The notes below the pieces were generated by a model. That model had not been told where the DNA came from. It did no database searches and was given only the letters and a program-made list of their open reading frames with translations. Positions 56,634 to 64,000 of a stretch of DNA of 64,000 nt are shown piece after piece (the first letter of the stretch is position 1; each line of letters starts with the position of its first letter). This stretch comes from the human T2T-CHM13v2.0 reference genome, Homo sapiens. The stretch is from assembly GCF_009914755.1 (NCBI RefSeq), contig NC_060942.1; one strand, written 5' to 3'. The position numbers and the translations under genes were made by a program.

Positions 56634-57150
56634 TTCAGCTCCTGGCCTAGAATGCTTCTAACATGCAAAATGCACTAATTACATCCCAATAGCCCCAAAA
56701 GTCTCAACCCCTTCAGTGTCAACTCTAAATCTCAAATCGGAAGTCTTATATAAATATCCTCTAAATTAGATATGGCTAAGACTCAAGGTAAAAGTCATCT
56801 TGAAACAAATTTCTCTCTAGGCAGGAATCTGTGAAACTAAATGTTATGTGCCTCCAGAGTAGAGTAGTGCTGCAAGCATAGGACAGACATTTCTCCCAGA
56901 GAGAGAAATAGGAAACAAGAAAGGAGTAATGGATCTCAGGCAAGTCCAAACCACAAGGCAAACTCCCTGGAATGAAGAGCGTTGAACCCGATTTCCTTTG
57001 GCTCAATGATCTGCCTTCCAGGCCCACTGGGACACACTGCCCACTTGCTGGGCCTACTGGGTTCAGCAGCGTTTGTTCATTCCTTCCCAGGTTGGAATTT
57101 TCACATTGGAATCTTGGAAGGAAACAAACTTTCAATCTACATCACTGGAT
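56634..57150 (-). mobile_element. MLT1A internal sequence contiguous with the LTR
   Basis: ACATGCAAAAT...CATCCCAATAGCCCCAAAAGTCTCAAC...CATAGGACAGACATT...GAGAAATAGGAAACAAGAAAGG, typical of MaLR internal sequence. Confidence 0.8.
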
Positions 57151-60100
57151 TATCTGTGAAGCTATGCATACTGTTTCTTAAATGTCTATTCACTCATAGA
57201 CAACTTTGCATTTTATATCTGGCTGCCGCAATTTTATCATTTACTAATTTCTTTCTCCAGGAAAACCACAGTACATAGGGAGTTAATAGATTCTAGGCTC
57301 TAGTGCTGACTTGATCACAGGTTTCTGTCTTTTGCCCTCTGCATACCTAGGTTATGCTGTACAATTGGAGGCATTGTACTGATCTCTTCCTACCACACTG
57401 AATATCGCATGATATCCTGAAAGTGATCTAGATGAAGTTGTGCCAACAACATCATGACCTGCTGGATTCCACACTTCCCAGTGCAGCAGAGCCCTGACCT
57501 CACTCTCACATGCCTTATGTCCCTGGAATCACGTAACAGCCACCGCCAGGCAGTCATCGCAGAGGTAAACTTCCACGTATTGAAACCAGATTTCCACAGC
57601 TTTGTTCACTGGCTTGAAGCTGTAGCTGAAACATTTTATCTGCTTTTAAAGCAGAAAGAAAAGCATATAGGAGAAGAAATGTCAATCGTTTCTTATAATA
57701 GGGAAAGCAGAACATTTCCTGAAGCCTTTATAAAATCCTATTTACATTCCAGAACTGCATCAGATGTCCACGCTTAGGGGCCGAAGAAGTAGAATTCCAG
57801 GAGTCATAAGGAAATATTCAAGTTGGTAATTTTATGTAGATTTTAAAACAGCAATCTGCATCTCTCACCTCACTTCCACACGAGACTGGAATTCCACGTT
57901 CTGTCTCTGACACCCTCCAGCCACAGTTCCCACAGTTATACGAGGCCTCCTTGCCCCATCCCAGCCCTCGGCTGCCTCTGCGGGTGGAGATGGGGAGGAA
58001 GGTCTGTGACTGATGAGATGAGACTCAGTGAGACAAGAGACCTGTGCTTCCTCCTGGGTGGACCGGGGCTGAGTTCACAAGCTGGTCAGGGCTGAGCTCT
58101 AAGGCCACGTTCTGGCCACAGGCCACCTTCCGGGTGGAGGAGCAGCAGGGAGGGCCCTGCTGGAGCAGCTGGGCCCAGCCACACTCAGCTTTGCCCACCA
58201 GTCAAGCCCAGCCTCACAGAAGCAGGTTCAGTAAGCCCCCCATGCTTCCCCAGGGAAAGGGCTTTGTTTCATTTATGGAGGACGATGGTTCCTCACGGGA
58301 GTGGGCAGACTCTGGAAGCCTCTGAAGGGTGAAATTCTGCAGCCTGGGAAGGCTGAGAGGCAGGAGGGTTGAGGAAAGGGGGCATGGCTGACCCCTGACT
58401 TCCACAGGTTTCCTGCTGGTCAGGGTTAGGTGGAAGGGGGAGCTGGCTGGCTCTGAGGGGCATGGACCTGAGCTTCCTGCAGACAGGGGCCTTGGGGTAG
58501 GTGGTGTCCAGCAACTCACTTTGGTCTGGTCACCTGAAGAAACCACTTCAGGGCATAAATACTTCTCTGAAGCTGCTCAAGAGTATGGTCAGGCATCTGC
58601 TCTGCCGTCTGTGAGACGGCTTGCCCTGCCCTCTCTTTCGGGAAAGTGAGAGGTGGGCCCATGGATAGAGCAGGGAAAACAAAGCTGTGTCAGAGACTCC
58701 AGACTGTGTGTGCTCATGACACAACACCCGGGAAGGCTTAGCTGATGGAGGGGCGGCCTCTGGTGACAGCCAGCATGGCTCCAAGCTGACATCCTACCTT
58801 CCTAAGTTCTGGTTCCACTGCCAGCTGCCAGCTCCCACAGCCGGGCCAGTGGAGGGGCAAGATCAGTGGGCTCTGAGCACCCACTGCAAGGGGAGTCCTC
58901 TGCCAAAGACCCCTGGTTCTTAGCAGGTGCTTGGAGAGTGGGTGTTTGCAGGGATTTGGTTAGCTGTTGATAGGAATTCGGGGAAGGGGAGGAACAGGAG
59001 GCTCTGAAGCCACGTGGCCCCTGCTTATATCCTCCACAGCAGTGAGGAGAGAGTATAAGGAGCCTGACTCCATCTGCTGCACCTCCCGCTCTCTGCTCAC
59101 CTAGAGGTCCCAGGGCCACTCTGCACAGCCAGGCGGGAGGAAGGACTCCAGCTGTATCATGTGCATTGGCAGAGGGACAGTGCTGCAGTGGGGATGGGGT
59201 GCTCACCCTCCCTGGAAACTCCTCTCTCCTCCCCCCAAATCACTTCATGCTTGGGGCCTTTGCTGCTCCTCCTCCTCTGCCCATGGGGCTTCTTAGTCTC
59301 CAGAGACCTAAGTTCACATAGGGCTGGGCAAGATTGAGATCAGGGGACACCTAACCTAGCCAACTTGTCTCAGAGTTTCCAAGAAGACCCCCATGCAGGG
59401 GCAAGGGTACGGAATGTAAACTGAGTCACCATGGGGGATGCAGGTCTGTGCTGCTGACATAAGCTGTGTATCTTCAGGGACGCGTTGACTCAGGGAGGGA
59501 GGCAGCTCTGGTGGACCTGCGATGCTGTGCAGCCAAGTCCTGTGGGAGATCACGTAGCTTTATTAAACATTTTGATAAATTCAGTCACACATGAGAGGAA
59601 ACCCTCTGTGAATCGCAGCATTTCAGGAATCCACTTCATGAACCTAACCTGGGCATAACAGAGTGGCAGCCTCCTGGAATAGAACTGCAATCAAATAGAA
59701 AGCCATAGAAGCTCCCTTGGTGTAATGGTGATTGCCTCTTTTGAGGATCAGTGCATTTCCATTCCAATAATTCTGGGTGACACACTCCATGTGCCTCAGA
59801 CCAGGGCACTGATGATGGGCCTCAGAGGATTGCAGTTTGGAGCAAGCCAGTCTGGGAGAAGGGGCTGGTGTCTGAGAACATGAGGATCTGCACACATGGT
59901 CACATTTGGAGTGACTGAGAAGCCTCTCTCATTAGGATTGCATGATGCAACTGCACAGAGACACAGTGACCTTGTTCCACTTAAAAATCCAAGTGAGCAT
60001 CAAGGTTTGATGAAATCCTTTCATCAGAAAATAACTTGCTTTGGTCTGCTGAGACCTAGAGGGAAGAGAGGATTTAGAATTCTTGGAACTTTCTGTGTCT

Positions 60101-61614
60101 TTGTAGATTGTTAATGCATTTATTAAGCTATTTCTAAGTGTGTCTATTGCTGGTGAGTGTTTCAACCTTGAATATCACTAAAATTCATTTTCTCTGCTTC
60201 AAGCCAGTGTTCTGAGGGGGAAATGCATTCTGTGCCCTCCATGGCAAGCTTCTCTCTACCCCTCATTTTCTCTCTCCTCTTCTCCCTTCACCCTCTGCCC
60301 ATCAATGACTTCTCTTTCTCCCTCATGCCCTGTCTCCCTCCCATCCTGCCCCTCTCTCCTCCTACCCTTGGTCTCTATTTACTTTCCCGCCCAAACCTTC
60401 TCCACCATCTTCTCTCTAAACAGATAGGAAAGAGGGTCCTGGTGCTGTGTTTCTTCTTCACTCTGTGCCTCTGTGCTGCAGGTGAGGGAGAAGAGTCCAG
60501 GACAGTGTTTGAAATGCCCGAAGGGTAAGAGGGGGTTAGAGAAGAATATCGAGAGAGTTGCTCTATCAAAACACCGGACTGTGCAGGTTGGCAGATGCCC
60601 ATCTCTGCAGAACAGTAGCTGATTGTATCTGAAGGGGCAAGAGCAAGTGAGCTTTAGCTCACACCCATCACTGTCAGCAAACAGGGTCTCAGGCAGCGTA
60701 AAGGAGAAGCTTTATTCTTGTCATTTTTAAGCTGATATCAAGCGATTTATCTTCATGCCTGATAACAACACCTCTTGCAGCTACTTTGACCTTCAGCCAT
60801 CTTCTGCCCTGGCCAAGTTTATGGTGAGGCCACTGATCTCTGGCACCTGGCACACAGGTGGCTCAGCTCTCTCATTGCACCCAATTATTTTCACCAGAAA
60901 ACAAGGAAAACACCACGTGGATTCCCTCGGGATGAGATCAGGTGCACGCTGCCAGCTCAATGGGTCCACCACCCACCAGAGACTCCAGCCCAGTGTCGCA
61001 GCCGGCGGGGCGGCACCCACTGCTCTCCCACTCCAGACCTGATTTCACATTCACATGGAGCCACGGTCAGGTGGTCTTCGGTCCCATAAAGGCAAGTAGA
61101 GACACAGATGGGTCACATGGCTACAAGAAACGTCCAAACTGATGAGGATCAGGATCCTAGGGAGTTGCCAGTTCCACTGCTCTGGAGTTCAAAGTCTTCC
61201 TCTGCCCCGTAGCTTGCTGTGCAAGCTCCAGCAGAGACTGTTACCAAATCCAACAACCACAGCTTTACACACCATGGGATCTCCAGCAAGTAAGCACACA
61301 TGCTGTCAACACTTCAAGCCAAAAAAGGGAGGACAGCACAGGAACACTGCCAGGCTCCCTGCAAACATAACAGGCCAGCCCCAAAGACCCCAGGAAGCGA
61401 AGTCTTCTTACTTTTTCATAATTCAGGGCCATAAAGATGCCTGATGTAAACCCTCTTACATACAGGTGAGGAAGTTGCGCTCAGAGAGGTACAGCAATTT
61501 GCCCAAATTCACATGGGGAATTAGGGCCTGTGATGGCATCAGAAACTCAGTCACCTAAACATTGGCCCATGGCTGCCTCTGCCGCACTCTGTGGGTGTCT
61601 CTATAGTGGAGATG

Positions 61615-62830
61615 GTATTGAGTTGTTCAGTCAGGTCTTACTGAGCATGTGTTGAATACCAGAAACTCCAGCATTTCAGTGATGAGCAAATCAGTCCCTT
61701 CCCTCATGGAGCATAGTGTGTAGGACACACACTGTAAGCAAGTGAACGCTCACTCACTCAGTGAACAATGGACACAATGTCCACTACCGAGGCCCCATGG
61801 AGACCAGCACAGGAGCAGTGCCTGGGTCCAAGGAGCCTCCTTCCATCAGGGGGGTCTATGGGAGGAATAGCCAGGCCAGGACTGGCAGGGAGAGCACCCC
61901 AGCAGGGGAGGGCCTGTGTGGAAACTACGGGGCAGAGGAAGACTTTGAGCAGCTAAAGGGGGTCAGTGTGGAGGGACTGGGCAGTGCAGGGTGTGGTATC
62001 AGGGGAACCTGGGGGGCCGGCAGGGGCCATGGCTCCCAGGAGCTTCTGGAACAGGTGAAGAAGTTTGAATTAAATACAAAATGCCACAGGATGCTACTGA
62101 TGAATCATAAGTAGAAACAATGTTATTTAACATACGTTCTTAAAGATCACGTGTTTGTATGTGACTGTATGTGCATGAGTGTGTGAGTGTGTGTGGTGGT
62201 CATGCATGTGATTGTGTGCGTGTGTGAGTGTGTGGTCATGGGTATGGAAGTGAGTATGAGTGTATGCAGTGCTGTGTATGTGTGTGTGGCAGTGTGCATG
62301 TGAATGAGTGTGTGTGAGTGTATACGTGTATGTGCAAGTGGAATAGACTGGAGGGAAGCAGGAATGTGAGCAGGGTGTGTATCTGGCAGGCTGACACTGG
62401 CTGTGGTCATATCTAGATGAGAGGTGTCTGTGGCTTAGAGTCAGATGATGGCTGTAAACACAAAGAGGTACCCAGAGATTCAAGGTATACTTTGAAAGTG
62501 AAATGGTCAAGGCTGAGAGATGTGTTTAAACTGAGTGATAAGACAAAGGGTGGTGTGAATGGTAAGTCCTACATTTATGGACTCAAGCAACTGGTTGGGT
62601 AGTGGTGCCATTTACTAAGATAACCAAGACTTCAGTGAGAACAGGCTGGTGAGAGAAGGCGGCATTTGGGACACCTTCTCTGGGGGTGCCTGTGAGCTCT
62701 TCGAGAGGGTCTGCAGGGTGGGCCATTTGAAGAGGGTGGGTCTGGTCTGGAGGTGAGGCTCTGGGCACTGTTGGCAGGTGGATGATCCAGATGCCACAGC
62801 GGGAATGACATCACCCAGGGAAAGTCATGG
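61615..62830 (-). mobile_element. L2 fragments interrupted by a TG-rich tract
   Basis: TTACTGAGCATGTG...GTCCCTTCCCTCATGGAGC; GGTGCCATTTACTAAGAT; boundaries approximate. Confidence 0.6.
62150..62340. repeat. Degenerate (TG)n/(TGAG)n tract
   Basis: Direct reading. Confidence 0.8.
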
Positions 62831-62891
62831 TGTGGGATGTGGATTCAGGAATGACATCACCCAGGGAAAGGCATGGTGTGGGGTGTGGATT
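62802..62891. repeat. 46-bp tandem duplication
   Basis: GGAATGACATCACCCAGGGAAAG(T/G)CATGGTGTGGG(A/G)TGTGGATT at 62802 and 62848. Confidence 0.9.
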
Positions 62892-63082
62892 ATGTGCTAT
62901 CCTCCTAGAATGTCCTGAAGAGGCCAAGCTTTTCCTTAGAGAGCCTGGTGCCCCCTTTGACTTCCCAACATAATTGTGTGTTATTTAAACACTGCCTCCA
63001 TCTCCACTGGTGGTGATGCTACCCTGCCTCAAACCTCTGAACTGTAGCAGGTCAGGTGGCAGGTCAAGGGAAGGACCTGCCA

Positions 63083-63650
63083 TTTCATTGAGATAAAATT
63101 GACATATACAACTCTATGTATGTAAAGTGTGCAGCATGATGTTTTATATAGACACACATCGTGAAATGATTACCACAATCAAGAAAATTAACATATCCTT
63201 CACCTCACAAGTACCTGTGTGTTTGTGTGTGTGTGTGTGTGTGGTGAGAATACTTGAGATCAACTCTTTCCAAGTTCCAAGTGTCAAACACATTATTAAC
63301 TAGAGTCCCCACGCTGTACACTAGGTCTCCAGAACTGACTCATCTTACACCTGCAAGTTTGTGTCCTCTGACCTTTGACCATCATCTTCCTGTTTCTCCT
63401 ACCCCCAGCTGTTGGTGGCTTTCATTCTACTCTATTTCAATGATTCCAACTTTTCTAGATTCTACATATAAGTGTGTAGTATGTGATTTTCTGTGCTTGC
63501 TTTATTTCATTTAACATAATGTCTTCTAGGTTTATCTATCTCATTGCAAATGGCAAGATTTTCTTCTTGTTAAGGCTGAAAGATATTTTAGTACATGTGT
63601 CTGTGTGTGTGTGTGTGTGTGTATCACGTATTCTTAGTCCATTCATCTGC
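63083..63650 (-). mobile_element. L1MA9-like 3' end
   Basis: GTGAAATGATTACCACAATCAAG...TAACATATCCTTCACCTCACA...GGTGAGAATACTTGAGATC, typical of L1MA8-10 3'UTR. Confidence 0.85.
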
Positions 63651-64000
63651 CAACCTATGGAATAAAAGACATCATTTTCAAACCATATATCTGAAAGGGG
63701 GTTAATATTTTAAATAAATAAGAAACTCATACAGCTCAGTAGTAAAATAATAAGAATAATAACCTGATTAAAAATGGGCAAAGGACCTGAATAGACATTG
63801 TTCCAAAGAAGACATACAAATGGGCAACAGGTATATGAAAAAGTCCTCAACTAATCATCAGGGAAATGCAAATTAAAACCGCAAACAATTATCACCTCAC
63901 ACCTGTTAGGATGGCAATTATGAAAAAGTCAAAAGGTAACCTGTGTTGGTGAGGATATGGAGAAGAGTGAACCCTTATTCACTGTGGGTGGGAATGTGAA
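63651..64000 (+). mobile_element. L1 ORF2 C-terminal fragment in sense orientation (inverted 5' part), runs off the window
   Basis: AAAAATGGGCAAAGGACCTGAATAGACATT...CAAAGAAGACATACAAATGG...ATCATCAGGGAAATGCAAATTAAAACC. Confidence 0.9.

Noticed and set aside
60990-61020. Small CpG/GC-box cluster as a promoter
   Set aside because: Only ~30 bp, far below CpG-island size, with no other promoter evidence

Overview
Mammalian, primate-type (human-like) non-coding genomic DNA. It carries AluJ/S/Y, L1PB/L1M/L1MA, MER4/MER66/MLT LTRs, Tigger/hAT fossils, MIR/L2 and several minisatellites. I find no supportable protein-coding gene, RNA gene or CpG-island promoter; the ORFs in the track are explained by repeats, low complexity or chance. 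Repeat family names come from recalled consensus motifs, not a database search. The most notable structure is a ~465-bp diverged inverted duplication (24534-24997 vs 25902-27442, ~900-bp spacer). In its right arm, a G-rich segment that is single-copy in the left arm has expanded into a ~1.1-kb 35-bp-unit minisatellite, so the left arm approximates the pre-expansion state. Other items worth checking: a triplicated RE1/NRSE-like plus E-box unit (54984-55126), an L1 5'UTR remnant with a fold-back inversion (~18010-18234), a twin-priming L1 inversion at the right edge, a nested LTR-in-LTR, and a template-switch micro-mosaic (14655-14729). I see no convincing evidence of a new multi-gene system.
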